Below, in pieces: positions 20,348 to 30,534 of a stretch of 64,000 nt of DNA. How positions within the stretch are numbered: the first letter of the stretch is position 1; the number at the start of each line of letters is the position of its first letter. Under the pieces are notes generated by a model, which did no database searches, was not told the origin of the DNA, and was given only the letters and a program-made list of their open reading frames with translations. The position numbers and the translations under genes are program-made. Source of the DNA: Pirellulaceae bacterium (lineage in GTDB: Bacteria > Planctomycetota > Planctomycetia > Pirellulales > Pirellulaceae). The DNA is taken from the NCBI GenBank assembly GCA_041399205.1, contig JAWKTK010000011.1, forward strand, positions 122,448 through 186,447, written 5' to 3'.

Positions 20348-20773
20348 CTATGATTCGCTGGATTCGCCTGCCGAACCACCTTCACCTTCGGCCGAAGCAG
20401 CTTCATCGGCAGGCGCTTCCGCAACCGGTTCTTCCTTCTTGGGCAGTTCGATCTTGGTAGGCGGAGGCGCTTCGGGGCGAATATTTAACCGATCCAAAGC
20501 CGCCTTTTGTGCATCCAAATGAGTGCCGTTGGTGCCATACTTCTTGATCAGCACCTTCATCTTGTCTGATGGCTGAGCACCGACGCCTAGCCAATAATCA
20601 ATCCGTTCGCTCTTCAAGATCGCGCGTGCGTCGGTTTCCTTCACCATCGGGTCATAGAATCCCAATTCTTCGATCACACGACCATCTCGAGGCGAACGAG
20701 TGTCCATGGCGCAAACGCGATAAAATGGACGGTGGGTTCTACCCATTCGCTTCAGTCGAATCTTTACTGCCAC
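20348..20773 (-). CDS. rpsP: 30S ribosomal protein S16 with an acidic, proline-rich C-terminal extension
   Basis: MAVKIRLKRMGRTHRPFYRVCAMDTRSPRDGRVIEELGFYDP is the S16 core, followed by a low-complexity tail of about 60 aa. Confidence 0.9.
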   Translation of the reverse strand: MAVKIRLKRMGRTHRPFYRVCAMDTRSPRDGRVIEELGFYDPMVKETDARAILKSERIDYWLGVGAQPSDKMKVLIKKYGTNGTHLDAQKAALDRLNIRPEAPPPTKIELPKKEEPVAEAPADEAASAEGEGGSAGESSES

Positions 20774-20900
20774 AATACGTTCTCCGAAAACTCTCTATTT
20801 AGCTCAGATAATCTAGAAATATCAAAATGTTTTGGAAAGGTCGGTAGCCCCAGAAAATGCCCAAATCGCACACTTTCTGGCGAAAACAACCTATTCTTTG

Positions 20901-22367
20901 CTATTTTCCTCGTTTGCGACGCCGCAGTTCTCGATCCCGCTCTTTCTTCAATTTTGCTCGCTCTTTGGGAGTCAATCGCTTGCCGGTCCCCTTCTTTTGC
21001 TTGGCCAAGGCCCCACCGCCGTCCAACATGCCGCCTCGTTGCAGTTCTTGGACCATCTTCATTCGGTTGCCTATGCCTTGCCCGGCCATGTTTTTCATAA
21101 TGGAGGCCATGGCGTCGAACTGCTTTATCAGCTCGTTGACTTCGTTGTGCTGAACTCCGGCCCCCTTAGCAATACGCTGACGACGGCTCTGGTCAATCAC
21201 CTTGGGATTGCGACGCTCTTCTGGCGTCATGGAGTCAATGATACCGAACAGACGCTTTATGTCCTTTTCTGCGTCTACTTGGTCCATCATCCCCTTCAGT
21301 TCGCCCATGCCGGGCATCAAGCCCACCATTTTCTGCATGAGGCCCGGTTTGGCAATTTGTGCTAGCTGCTTGCGGAAATCCTCCAGCGTGAACTGGCCCT
21401 TCTGAAGCCGTTCTTCGGCCAGCCGCATTTCATCCTGGTCAAATTCGGTCTGGGCGGTGCGAACAATCTCCATGACGTCGCCCATGCCCAAAATTCGTCC
21501 GGCCATGCCTTCGGGCCGAAACGGTTCGAGCGACTCCAGCTGTTCGCCCGTACCAATGAATTTGATGGGGACGCCGGTAACTTGCTTGACAGAAAGGACC
21601 GCACCGCCTCGAGCGTCACCGTCCAGCTTGGTCAGAATCACGCCGTCCAGCTCTAACGCTTCATTAAACGCTTTGGCGCTGTTGACGGCATCCTGCCCCG
21701 TCATGCCGTCCACTACCAAGAATGCTTGATCCGGACTGACTTTCTGGTCAATCCGCTTCAATTGATCCATTAGCTCTTGGTCAATGGCCAACCGACCAGC
21801 CGTGTCCAGGATCAAGACGTCTACGCCCGCCGATTTGGCTTCTTTGACCGCGTTTTGGCAGACTTTGACCGGGTCTGCTTCTCCCTGTTGCGAATAGACC
21901 GGGACCGAAAGCTGGTCACCAATCACATGCAATTGCTCAATCGCCGCCGGACGCTGCAAGTCCGCTGCGGCTAGCATCGCCTTTTTGTTTTCTTTTTGAA
22001 TTAAACGAGCCAGTTTGCCGCAAGTGGTTGTTTTACCCGAACCCTGCAAACCGCACATCATGATAATGGTCGGTTGTTTGGTTACGGCAATTGACGAATC
22101 GACTGGTCCCATGACGCGAACCAGTTCGTCGTGCACAATCCCTACTAATTGCTGGCCGGGATCGAGCGAATCGAGCACTTTTTGGCCCAGTGCTTGTTCG
22201 GTGACGTTGGTCATGAACGATTTGACCACGTCATAGCTGACGTCGGCTTCCAGCAGCGATTGTTCGACCAGACCCAGGCCTTCGCGCATATTTGCTTCGG
22301 TCAACTTCCCTTTACCGCGAAGCGATTTCAACGCCGATTTCAGCCCGTCCTGAAGTGATTCAAACAT
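20901..22367 (-). CDS. ffh: Signal recognition particle protein Ffh
   Basis: N-domain, then the GTPase GxxGxGKTT motif ([18 protein letters not shown]), DTAGR, and a Met-rich M domain ([17 protein letters not shown]). The start was taken at MFESLQDGL (ATG at 22365-22367). The ORF-track upstream extension is probably spurious. Confidence 0.9.
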   Translation of the reverse strand: MFESLQDGLKSALKSLRGKGKLTEANMREGLGLVEQSLLEADVSYDVVKSFMTNVTEQALGQKVLDSLDPGQQLVGIVHDELVRVMGPVDSSIAVTKQPTIIMMCGLQGSGKTTTCGKLARLIQKENKKAMLAAADLQRPAAIEQLHVIGDQLSVPVYSQQGEADPVKVCQNAVKEAKSAGVDVLILDTAGRLAIDQELMDQLKRIDQKVSPDQAFLVVDGMTGQDAVNSAKAFNEALELDGVILTKLDGDARGGAVLSVKQVTGVPIKFIGTGEQLESLEPFRPEGMAGRILGMGDVMEIVRTAQTEFDQDEMRLAEERLQKGQFTLEDFRKQLAQIAKPGLMQKMVGLMPGMGELKGMMDQVDAEKDIKRLFGIIDSMTPEERRNPKVIDQSRRQRIAKGAGVQHNEVNELIKQFDAMASIMKNMAGQGIGNRMKMVQELQRGGMLDGGGALAKQKKGTGKRLTPKERAKLKKERDRELRRRKRGK

Positions 22368-22640
22368 CCGTCGTGAAAACTCGTTAAAAGATCTTGGCCA
22401 CCGACAACAGCCGGCGGCAGGCCACCCCCACTGAACGAGGGCATTCATTTGCGAATCCCACAGTCTACAGGACAACTGCCAGCTTTGTAAATGCTGCGAT
22501 TTTTGCAGCTCGGTAGACACGAAACGGTGGCCGAGCTACAAAATTGTTCAACAGACTACGCGGCTGATGGCGAGGCATAACGGTCGATTCGGAATTGTGC
22601 TTGAATCAATCGTCATTTGTTCCGTTTCCGGAAGGCTACC

Positions 22641-23756
22641 ATGCGTCTAATCTATCTGTATTCGATCTTGGTCTTTGTCATATTGCCAAGTTCCATTGGC
22701 GTGATGGCCCAGGAAGCGGTGGCGGAAAGGCTGCTGCTGGTCACGTTGGACGGACTCCGTTGGCAAGAGCTGTTTACCGGCGCGGACGCTCGGCTGATGA
22801 CCAAAGACGGTGGAAACGTCAACGACGAGGATGCGTTGCGGAATCGCTTCTTTCGCGATTCGCCAGAAGAACGCCGAATAGCACTCATGCCGTTTTTTTG
22901 GAATTCGATGGCTGCCCAAGGTCAAGTCTTTGGCGATCCCGACCACGATAGTTCCGTGACCGTTACCAATGGGCACTTTTTTTCGTACCCCGGTTACAAC
23001 GAAATCCTGTCCGGCATCGGTGATCCAGCCATCGATTCCAATGACAAGAATCCCAATCCCAATGTCTCCGTGCTGGAATTTTTGCACAACAAGTCGAATT
23101 TTGCCGGCCAAGTTTTTGCCTTCGGATCGTGGGATGTGTTTCCGTTTATTCTGAACGAAGGTCGTAGCGGAATTCCGGTTAATGCCGGATGGGAACCGTT
23201 GAACGAAGGTCATGATTCCGATTCGCTGGAACGACTGGACGCCATCGCCAAAGAATTGCCGGCTGTCTGGCCTTCGGTTCGCTACGACATTTTCACGCTG
23301 GAAGGCGCACTCCACTGTCTGCGCACCCAGAAGCCGAAAATCTTGTACGTGGCACTCGGTGAAACCGACGATTGGGCACATGAAGGTCGATACGATCTGT
23401 ATCTAGACAGCGCGAACCGAAACGACCGCTACATCCAAAGACTCTGGCAAGCCGCCCAAGCGATGCCCGAATTCGCCAACAAGACGGCATTGATCTTGAC
23501 GACGGATCATGGTCGAGGTGACGGGCGAGAAGGCTGGAAGAGCCACGGCGTGGACTATCCTGGTTCGGACAAAATGTGGATTGCTGTCATGGGCCCCGGC
23601 ATAAAGTCGCTTGGCGTGCGAAACTCTGTGCATGTCACTCAAGCACAAGTGGCCGCGACGGTTGCCAAACTATTGGGCCATGATTTTTCCGTCACCAACC
23701 AAAACGTCGCACCGCCATTGCCGTTGGCACCCGTCGTTGTGGAGGACAACCAATGA
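22641..23756 (+). CDS. Secreted alkaline-phosphatase-superfamily protein (nucleotide pyrophosphatase/phosphodiesterase-like)
   Basis: Signal peptide MRLIYLYSILVFVILPSSIGVMAQ. LLLVTLDGLRWQEL (DG-R metal-site motif) and TDDWAHEG are AP-superfamily hallmarks. Its stop overlaps the next ATG (ATGA at 23753-23756). Confidence 0.5.
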   Translation: MRLIYLYSILVFVILPSSIGVMAQEAVAERLLLVTLDGLRWQELFTGADARLMTKDGGNVNDEDALRNRFFRDSPEERRIALMPFFWNSMAAQGQVFGDPDHDSSVTVTNGHFFSYPGYNEILSGIGDPAIDSNDKNPNPNVSVLEFLHNKSNFAGQVFAFGSWDVFPFILNEGRSGIPVNAGWEPLNEGHDSDSLERLDAIAKELPAVWPSVRYDIFTLEGALHCLRTQKPKILYVALGETDDWAHEGRYDLYLDSANRNDRYIQRLWQAAQAMPEFANKTALILTTDHGRGDGREGWKSHGVDYPGSDKMWIAVMGPGIKSLGVRNSVHVTQAQVAATVAKLLGHDFSVTNQNVAPPLPLAPVVVEDNQ

Positions 23757-24238
23757 TTACCCCAAGACTTCTCTACTGCTTGCGGAGCAATCACCATGCA
23801 GGTTCCGTCCAAAGAATCATCGTCGTGACCATCCTCTGCTGTGTAGCTGGCACCGATTGGAGCACACGTAGTTTTGCAGGCGAACCAAAGATCATTCCAG
23901 TAACGGAAGCATCAGCTCAGATCGGCAAGGGCGAAGTCCAAATACGGATGGTGGTCCAACAAGCGAAAGACCGAATGGAAAAACGCGGCGTTGTCTATCT
24001 GGATTCGCACAAGGATTTCAACAGCCTCGACAATCTGGGCGTGGCCCTTTCCAGTACCGTGGCGAACGAACTGAAAGAAGTTTTGGCTGTCTCCGATCTG
24101 GCCGCCTTTCTCAAGGGGAAGACAATCGTGGTGACGGGGCCCATCATGAAACTGGAAACTAGAATCTATCTGCCCGTCCTTTCCATGAAGCAGATTGAAA
24201 TCGAATCTCGCGAGACAAGCATCCCGGAATCAGACTAA
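23753..24238 (+). CDS. Hypothetical exported protein
   Basis: 161-aa ORF translationally coupled (ATGA) to the upstream gene. N-terminal hydrophobic segment. No recognisable motif. Confidence 0.4.
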   Translation: MITPRLLYCLRSNHHAGSVQRIIVVTILCCVAGTDWSTRSFAGEPKIIPVTEASAQIGKGEVQIRMVVQQAKDRMEKRGVVYLDSHKDFNSLDNLGVALSSTVANELKEVLAVSDLAAFLKGKTIVVTGPIMKLETRIYLPVLSMKQIEIESRETSIPESD

Positions 24239-24329
24239 GGTGTATCGCATGCCGACCCGTGTCGTCAACGAAACCGTGCATCATCTTTTCGAGCACGTCA
24301 GGCATGGATTCCGGCTGCTGCTGCAATTG

Positions 24330-25560
24330 CTGCGATCCGTTCGACTACTCTCGCTCCTCACGAGCCTTGTTCGTAGTCCCGCTTTGTTCGTAGTCCCGCC
24401 TTTAGGCGAAACAGCACGGAACGACGATTCCGCCTAAAGGCGGGACTACGAACGACCTTGAATGCAAAACGAAATATCGCAACCGTGAATAAACGCAATA
24501 CGCAAGCGAAACGAACAGTGAGTCACGCGATTCTGGTATTTCGATTGATTTTTCTCAATGTATTTTCATTTGTATTTTTCAATTTGATTTTCAATTTGTA
24601 TTTGCAATCCGGCCAGTCGTTGTACCTGTTTACGTCCCGTCTTGTTCGTAGTCCCGCCTTTAGGCAAACAGCACGGAACGACGATTCGCCTAAAGGCGGA
24701 CACACAACCGGAATGCAAAACGAAATACGCAACCGTGAATGCAAAACGCAATACGCAAGGCGCAAAACGAACAGTGAGTCACACGCGAATTCTGCGTATT
24801 TCGATTGCATTTTCATTTCATTTGTATTTTTCATTTGATTTGCAATCCGGCCATCGTTGGTCTGCATAAAAAGTTACGTCCGCCTGTAGTCCGCTTGAAC
24901 ACCGAACGACGATTCCGCCTAAGGCGGACTACGAACGACCGTGAATGCAAAACGAAATACGCAACCGTGAATGCAAAACGCAATACGCAAGTTGACGCAA
25001 GAAACTGAACAGTGAGCGTCACACGCGAATTCTGCGTATTTCGATTTGCATTTTTCAATTTTCAATTTGTATTTTTTCAATTTGATTTTGCAATCCGGCC
25101 AGTCGTTGGCCTGCACCTAACGAAAGTTTACGTCCCGTCTTGTTCGTAGTCCCGCCTTTAGGCGGAAGCAGAACGGAACGACGATTCCGCCTAAAGGCGG
25201 GACTACGAACGACCGTGAATGCAAAACGAAAATACGCAACCGTGAATGCAAAACGAAATACGCAACCGTGAATGCAAAACGCAATACGCAAGTTGACGCA
25301 AGAAACTGAACAGTGAGCGTCACACGCGAATTCTGCGTATTTCGATTTGCATTTTTATTTGCAATTTTATTTTTCAATTTGTATTTTGCAATCCGGCCAG
25401 TCGTTGGCCTGCACCTAACGAAAGTTTACGTCCCGCCTTGTTCGTAGTCCCGCCTTTAGGCGAAACAGCACGGAACGACGATTCCGCCTAAGGCGGGACT
25501 ACGAACGACCGTGAATGCAAAACGAAAATACGCTGCACTTCTTTCGTGCAGTTTCGGACG
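24330..25560. repeat. Complex intergenic tandem macro-repeat of about five composite units (244-296 bp each)
   Basis: Unit anchors near 24380, 24641, 24885, 25141 and 25437. Each full unit has four parts. (i) A perfect hairpin GTTCGTAGTCCCGCCTTTAGGCG-22 nt-CGCCTAAAGGCGGGACTACGAAC (copies 2-3 degenerate). (ii) One to three adjacent 26-27-bp direct repeats GTGAATGCAAAACGAAATACGCAACC. (iii) TTGCGTATTTCGATTTGCATT, the reverse complement of the direct repeat with one mismatch. (iv) CAATTTGTATTTT micro-repeats and the GGCCAGTCGTTGGCC palindrome. The array ends about 130 bp before the secretin start codon. Confidence 0.9.
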
Positions 25561-25693
25561 GCTAGCACGCCAGATGCTGTCGCACGCAAACGGCATTTTC
25601 GATGTTTCTACCTTGACGAATTCTGACCACGTGAATACCTTCCGCGTGAATTTCGTTTGACAGTCTGTCTTTATCCGCGAAGAAGTCCCGCCC

Positions 25694-28600
25694 ATGATCG
25701 GAAAACTAGGGTCCACGCGAATCGCCGTGTTGTTGCTGTGCAGCGTATTGGTTCCCAGTTCGTTGCTGTTCGGCCAATCGACTGGTTCAGCGTACGAATC
25801 GATTGCATGCCAAAATCGGCGTCCATCCGAATTGCAGCCGATGCTGTTGGACTTGTTGCCTAAGGACGGTTCGGTGCATTTGGTGGCCGACGATGGTAGT
25901 GGTCAAATCCTGATCAAGGCGAACGCAGATGATTTGCGGACCGCTCGCAGCGCGATCGCTCGGCTCGACCGACGGCCGGAAGCGAGCTTAACTGCGGGTG
26001 ATTCGAACCTTGCCTTTCGCGAGCCAGTTCGTTCGGCGCAGTTGGCTCGGCCATTGTCTTCGTTCGAATCCAACGGTTCGAATTCCGCAATCACTAGGCC
26101 AACAACGGCGGCACCGGCAGCCAGGCCACTGGACAACAATTCGGTCAGCCGATTTGTGGCGTTGCCCGCAGATGCGGCGGCCATCGAACAACGGTTTCAG
26201 TCGTTGCTAGGCCAGCGTTTGAATCATATCGCCCACGACAATATTTATCTATTAACCACCGCTGCCGGTGAAACCATTGAATTTGAATTCGACCATCGAC
26301 GACGAGGCGTCTTGGTGACCGCTCGCGCGGCGCTCGTTGATCAAGCGGCTCGTTTGCTGCAAGCAGTTGCGCCAACCGCCGAAGCCGATTCGCGCACTGC
26401 GGTCGTTTCGATCGAACGGACGGATCCGTATCGGCTAAGAGAAGCGATCGAAGCTTACCGAGGCCAAAACGGCAGTGACCAACGCTTGTCACCGGCAGGT
26501 TCGAATCGAACGAACCAACCCAATCCTAATCAAAGCAGCCAAGTCCTAGCTCCGGGCAGCGGCTTGGCGTTGGTCAACTATCTGTTCCAGGACCAAAACG
26601 CAGAAGCATCCACAGCCGACTCGAACGAACCCGCCGCAACCTCGCCGGCTGCGGCCACCACGCCCGGCGGTTTGGACGTGGATGTGGAAGTGGAAACGTT
26701 GCCGGATTTGGATGTAATTATTCTTCGCGGCCGCAACCGAGACGTGCGGAAGCTGACAGAAATTATCCAAGAATTGGAACGGTTGAGCCGCGAGACTCAG
26801 CCGGCCATTCGCATTGTTCAATTGCAACATGCCCAAAGTGAAGCGATCGCCACGATTGTGGAAGGCGTGCAAGAAGACCTGACAGGCCGGCGGCAAGGCC
26901 GAGTGAGCGTGACGCCGTTGGTGAAGCCGAATGCATTGCTGCTGATTGGTTGGGGTGACGCGATCGAGTCCGTAGTGGAATTAATTCAGAAACTCGACAC
27001 ACCCGTAGCGCCGGAAACGCAATTCCAAGTCTTTCGGCTGCGCAGTGCGAACGCCACGATTGCTCAGACCGCGGTCACTCAGTTTTTTGCGAACCGCACC
27101 GGGCTCGGTCCCAAAGTTCAGGCCTTGGCAGATATTCAATCCAATTCGCTGATTGTGTACGCTTCGCCTCGAGACATGCAGGAAGTACAACGTTTGGTCG
27201 AATCGATCGATTCGCCGGCCAGTGGCATGGTGAATCGAGCGGAAGTGGTGCCGCTGAAGAATTCGCTGGCGACGGATTTGGCAGCCACCTTGCAGACTGC
27301 CATTCAATCAACGGACGGCGCAGGACAACCGACTGGCGTGCTGGAATTATTGACCGTGGATGCGGCGGGCGAGCAGTTGATTCGATCGGGAATTTTGTCT
27401 CGAGTGAAAATCACGGCGAACGCTCGGAACAATTCGCTGATCATCAGTGGTCCCAAAGAAACAGTGCCGATGATTCGCGCGTTGATCAATGAACTCGATT
27501 CGCCCGGCGCGGTCGCGCAGATCAAAGTCTTCCGGATTCTGAACGGTGACGCCACCAGTCTCGTGCAGATGTTGCGTTCGCTGCTGCCGACGCAAACGGG
27601 AGCGAACATTGGTCCTCAGCTGCCCACGGCGGACGGCGATACTTCGTTGGCGCCGCTGCGTTTTGCGGTCGACAACCGGACCAACAGTATTATCGCCACG
27701 GGCGGCGCGGGAGACTTGGAAATTGTTCAGGCGTTGCTGCTTCGCTTGGACGAAAAAGATATTGCCGAACGGCGGAACGAAGTTTATCGGCTGAAGAACG
27801 CGCCGGCGATTGACGTGGCAGCCGCGATTAACGAATTCCTGCGAAGTGAACGCATTGTTTCGCAAGCAGCGCCCGGCGTGCAAAATCCGTTTGAACAGAT
27901 TGAAAAAGAAGTGGTGGTGGTGCCCGAACCGGTTCGCAACACCTTGATCATCAGCGCCACGCCTCGTTACTTTGACGAAATTGAACGTCTGGTCCAAGAA
28001 CTGGATCAAGAGCCGCCACAAGTGATGATCCAAGTGCTGATTGCGGAAATCACGCTGGGCAGCCAGACCGAGTTTGGTGTTGAACTGGGGCTGCAAGATT
28101 CCGTGTTGTTTGATCGTGGACTATTGGAGAATATTTTCTATCGAACCACATCGACACAAACGTCTACTCCAGCTGGAATTGTAACGACAACCGATCAGAT
28201 CATCGAAGCGGCTGAAAACACACCTGGTTTCAACTTCAACAACCAACCGTTGGGCAACAGCGGCAGTACCAAGGCGCTGCAGAATTCTGATCGAGTGGGA
28301 TCGCAGGGCTTATCCAGTTTTGCGGTAGGACGAGTGAATTCGGAGTTGGGTTTTGGCGGTTTGGTGTTGTCGGCCAGTAGTGATAGTGTGAGCGTATTGC
28401 TGCGAGCGTTGCAGGAATCGCGAAGATTGGACGTGCTGAGTCGACCTCAGATTCGAACCTTGGACAATCAAACGGCCTTCATTCAAGTGGGTCAACGCGT
28501 GCCAAGAATTGTACAATCGAACGTCACGGACGGTGGTCGGCAAACCAACGAAGTGGCGTTGGAAAACGTCGGTTTGATTCTGGGCGTGACGCCTCGGATC

Positions 28601-29428
28601 AGTCCCGCGGGCACAGTGGTGATGGAGATTGACGCGGAAAAATCTTCGTTAGGGCCCGAAGCCGAAGGGATTCCGGTTTCGTTTGCACCGGACGGAAGTG
28701 CCATTCGTTCGCCTCGAATCGATACGACCACGGCTCAGGCTACGGTTAGCGCTTCCAGCGGTGAAACGATTATTCTGGGCGGACTGATCACTAAGGAAAC
28801 GCAAGCGATCACTCGCCGAGTACCTTATCTTTCGGACATTCCGTTGTTAGGTAATGCGTTTCGGTTTGATTCCAGCGCGCATCGCCGCAAAGAGCTGCTG
28901 ATTGTGTTGACGCCGCATGTGATTCGCAGTCCGGAAGATTCCGAGCGAATTAATCAGATTGAAATGGCTCGCATGTCTTGGTGTGCGGCCGATGTGTTTG
29001 AAGTGCACGGTGACATGGGATTGTCATCGCAAATGACCATGTTTGACGAATCAGCTCCGGCAGTGATCTATCCGCACGAGAATCCTCGAGGAGTGCCTTC
29101 GCCCGTGGAAGCTCCGGGCCTGGAAGCGATGCCTCCCGGTGAATACGAAATTCCCAGTCCGGTTCCTTCGCCCACGCCGTTCGGTTCGCTGAATGGACCA
29201 AGAGGTGACGGCGTTGATGGGCGGCAGGCGGACAGTCGGCAGGTTCGCGCAGACGCGATTCAGGACGAACGCATCGCGCCCACTCGTTATGCAACCGAAT
29301 ACCAACCGAACGATACGCGAGCGAACCGATACGGACAAACGCCCATTGACTACACGCAATACATTGTGCCATCCGCGGACCAGCAGCAGACAGCAACCAT
29401 CGGGCGGCGGTCGGACGCATCGCGATGA
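25694..29428 (+). CDS. Giant secretin (GspD/PilQ family) with an expanded N-terminal domain region and a C-terminal extension
   Basis: 1244 aa with a signal peptide. Repeated N1-type secretin-N domain motifs (NSLIISGPKETVPMIRALINELD, NTLIISATPRYFDEIERLVQELD). Secretin core VLSRPQIRTLDNQTAFIQVGQRVP...GETIILGGLI...VPYLSDIPLLGNAFRFDSS...LLIVLTPHVI. Confidence 0.85.
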   Translation: MIGKLGSTRIAVLLLCSVLVPSSLLFGQSTGSAYESIACQNRRPSELQPMLLDLLPKDGSVHLVADDGSGQILIKANADDLRTARSAIARLDRRPEASLTAGDSNLAFREPVRSAQLARPLSSFESNGSNSAITRPTTAAPAARPLDNNSVSRFVALPADAAAIEQRFQSLLGQRLNHIAHDNIYLLTTAAGETIEFEFDHRRRGVLVTARAALVDQAARLLQAVAPTAEADSRTAVVSIERTDPYRLREAIEAYRGQNGSDQRLSPAGSNRTNQPNPNQSSQVLAPGSGLALVNYLFQDQNAEASTADSNEPAATSPAAATTPGGLDVDVEVETLPDLDVIILRGRNRDVRKLTEIIQELERLSRETQPAIRIVQLQHAQSEAIATIVEGVQEDLTGRRQGRVSVTPLVKPNALLLIGWGDAIESVVELIQKLDTPVAPETQFQVFRLRSANATIAQTAVTQFFANRTGLGPKVQALADIQSNSLIVYASPRDMQEVQRLVESIDSPASGMVNRAEVVPLKNSLATDLAATLQTAIQSTDGAGQPTGVLELLTVDAAGEQLIRSGILSRVKITANARNNSLIISGPKETVPMIRALINELDSPGAVAQIKVFRILNGDATSLVQMLRSLLPTQTGANIGPQLPTADGDTSLAPLRFAVDNRTNSIIATGGAGDLEIVQALLLRLDEKDIAERRNEVYRLKNAPAIDVAAAINEFLRSERIVSQAAPGVQNPFEQIEKEVVVVPEPVRNTLIISATPRYFDEIERLVQELDQEPPQVMIQVLIAEITLGSQTEFGVELGLQDSVLFDRGLLENIFYRTTSTQTSTPAGIVTTTDQIIEAAENTPGFNFNNQPLGNSGSTKALQNSDRVGSQGLSSFAVGRVNSELGFGGLVLSASSDSVSVLLRALQESRRLDVLSRPQIRTLDNQTAFIQVGQRVPRIVQSNVTDGGRQTNEVALENVGLILGVTPRISPAGTVVMEIDAEKSSLGPEAEGIPVSFAPDGSAIRSPRIDTTTAQATVSASSGETIILGGLITKETQAITRRVPYLSDIPLLGNAFRFDSSAHRRKELLIVLTPHVIRSPEDSERINQIEMARMSWCAADVFEVHGDMGLSSQMTMFDESAPAVIYPHENPRGVPSPVEAPGLEAMPPGEYEIPSPVPSPTPFGSLNGPRGDGVDGRQADSRQVRADAIQDERIAPTRYATEYQPNDTRANRYGQTPIDYTQYIVPSADQQQTATIGRRSDASR

Positions 29429-30534
29429 CTTGGTATCAATTTCACTTCGCCAGATCAGTCGCCCACGCCTTATTCAGATCGACCTTAAATTTTCAGGACC
29501 ATGCCGAGATGGATGTTCACACTTCCGCAAAGCGACAACTTCGATGGCTCGCCGGAGTGCTGTTGGTGGTAACCGCTGCGTGCGCCGGTTGTGCGCAGTG
29601 GAAGATTTCGGACGCCAAATTTCCGTGGAAGAAAGACGCCCAGCTGGTGCGGCCGACGCGAATTGTGCCGATGTGGACCGATACCATTTTGTACGAATCG
29701 GGCAAGCCGGGAGTGCGAGGTTTTGGGGCCCGGATCTATTTCTATCCGGACGAAGGAACTGACCCGGTGGAAGTGGATGGTTCGCTGGTGGTTTATGCTT
29801 TTGACGGTGACAACTATGACGCGCACATGCCCGTGCCCGAAAAGAAGTTTGTCTTCACGGCGGAACAATTTGCGGAACATCACAGTGTGACCAAAGTCGG
29901 TCACTCGTACAGCGTGTGGCTTCCGTGGGATGAAGTTGGTGGTGAAGCCCGGCAGATTACACTGATCACTCGCTTCCATGGTGCCGACGGTACGGTGGTG
30001 GTGTCTGAACCGAATCGAAAACTGCTGCCGGGGATTCGTGGCAAAGAGGCCAACGAATCGACAGGTGTGCAGCAGGCCAGTTACCAGCAACAAAGCGGAA
30101 CGGGGCAGACGAAGAACGGCCAGATGTCGCCGATTACGATTGATTTGCCGCCGAGTTTTGTGCGTCGGTTGCGCGATGCCAATCGTCGCGAACAGAGCTA
30201 TTTGCCACAGCGACCCGAGGATCCTCGTTCTGATACGGACATGGGTGACACAGATTCCGCTTCGTCAGCAGCGTCGCTGCAGTCGATGCCGCAAGACGGA
30301 CAGGTGCGTTCGTACAACAGTGACGGCGCGCAGGTTACGGTTGGGGGACAGGGTCCGCAGGAGCTTCCGTATCGTTCAAGACTGTCAAGTCATTTCGCAG
30401 ATCGTGGACTTCCGGCTCGAACCGCAGGTACGACTCGGCCAACCGTTTCTGTTCCGCGGAGACAACCGTACCTCTCAGAACCGTTGTCTGGCCTTCCACC
30501 GACACCTCGATATTCGCTCCCAACGCCTCGCTAA
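29425..30534 (+). CDS. Hypothetical lipoprotein-like protein translationally coupled to the secretin gene
   Basis: The ATG overlaps the secretin TGA (ATGA at 29425-29428). LAGVLLVVTAACAGC is a signal/lipobox-like segment. A folded N-terminal region (about 180 aa) is followed by a low-complexity S/P/Q-rich tail. The 3' 200 bp overlaps a convergent ORF. Confidence 0.5.
   Translation: MTWYQFHFARSVAHALFRSTLNFQDHAEMDVHTSAKRQLRWLAGVLLVVTAACAGCAQWKISDAKFPWKKDAQLVRPTRIVPMWTDTILYESGKPGVRGFGARIYFYPDEGTDPVEVDGSLVVYAFDGDNYDAHMPVPEKKFVFTAEQFAEHHSVTKVGHSYSVWLPWDEVGGEARQITLITRFHGADGTVVVSEPNRKLLPGIRGKEANESTGVQQASYQQQSGTGQTKNGQMSPITIDLPPSFVRRLRDANRREQSYLPQRPEDPRSDTDMGDTDSASSAASLQSMPQDGQVRSYNSDGAQVTVGGQGPQELPYRSRLSSHFADRGLPARTAGTTRPTVSVPRRQPYLSEPLSGLPPTPRYSLPTPR

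Noticed and set aside
24330-25560. Could the repeat array be a CRISPR array?
   Set aside because: The 26-27-bp repeats abut one another without unique spacers. The units are composite and about 250-300 bp long. No cas genes or leader are present. The architecture is a macro-satellite, not repeat-spacer.
24195-25716. Multiple small ORFs (for example 24458..24838, 25117..25377, 25456..25716) within the repeat array
   Set aside because: They overlap in all frames, consist of repeat-derived low-complexity peptides, and lack starts with a ribosome-binding site. I treated them as non-coding.
27347-28096. 249-aa minus-strand ORF antisense to the secretin gene
   Set aside because: It is embedded in the conserved secretin domain region. 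Its composition is typical of an antisense artefact.
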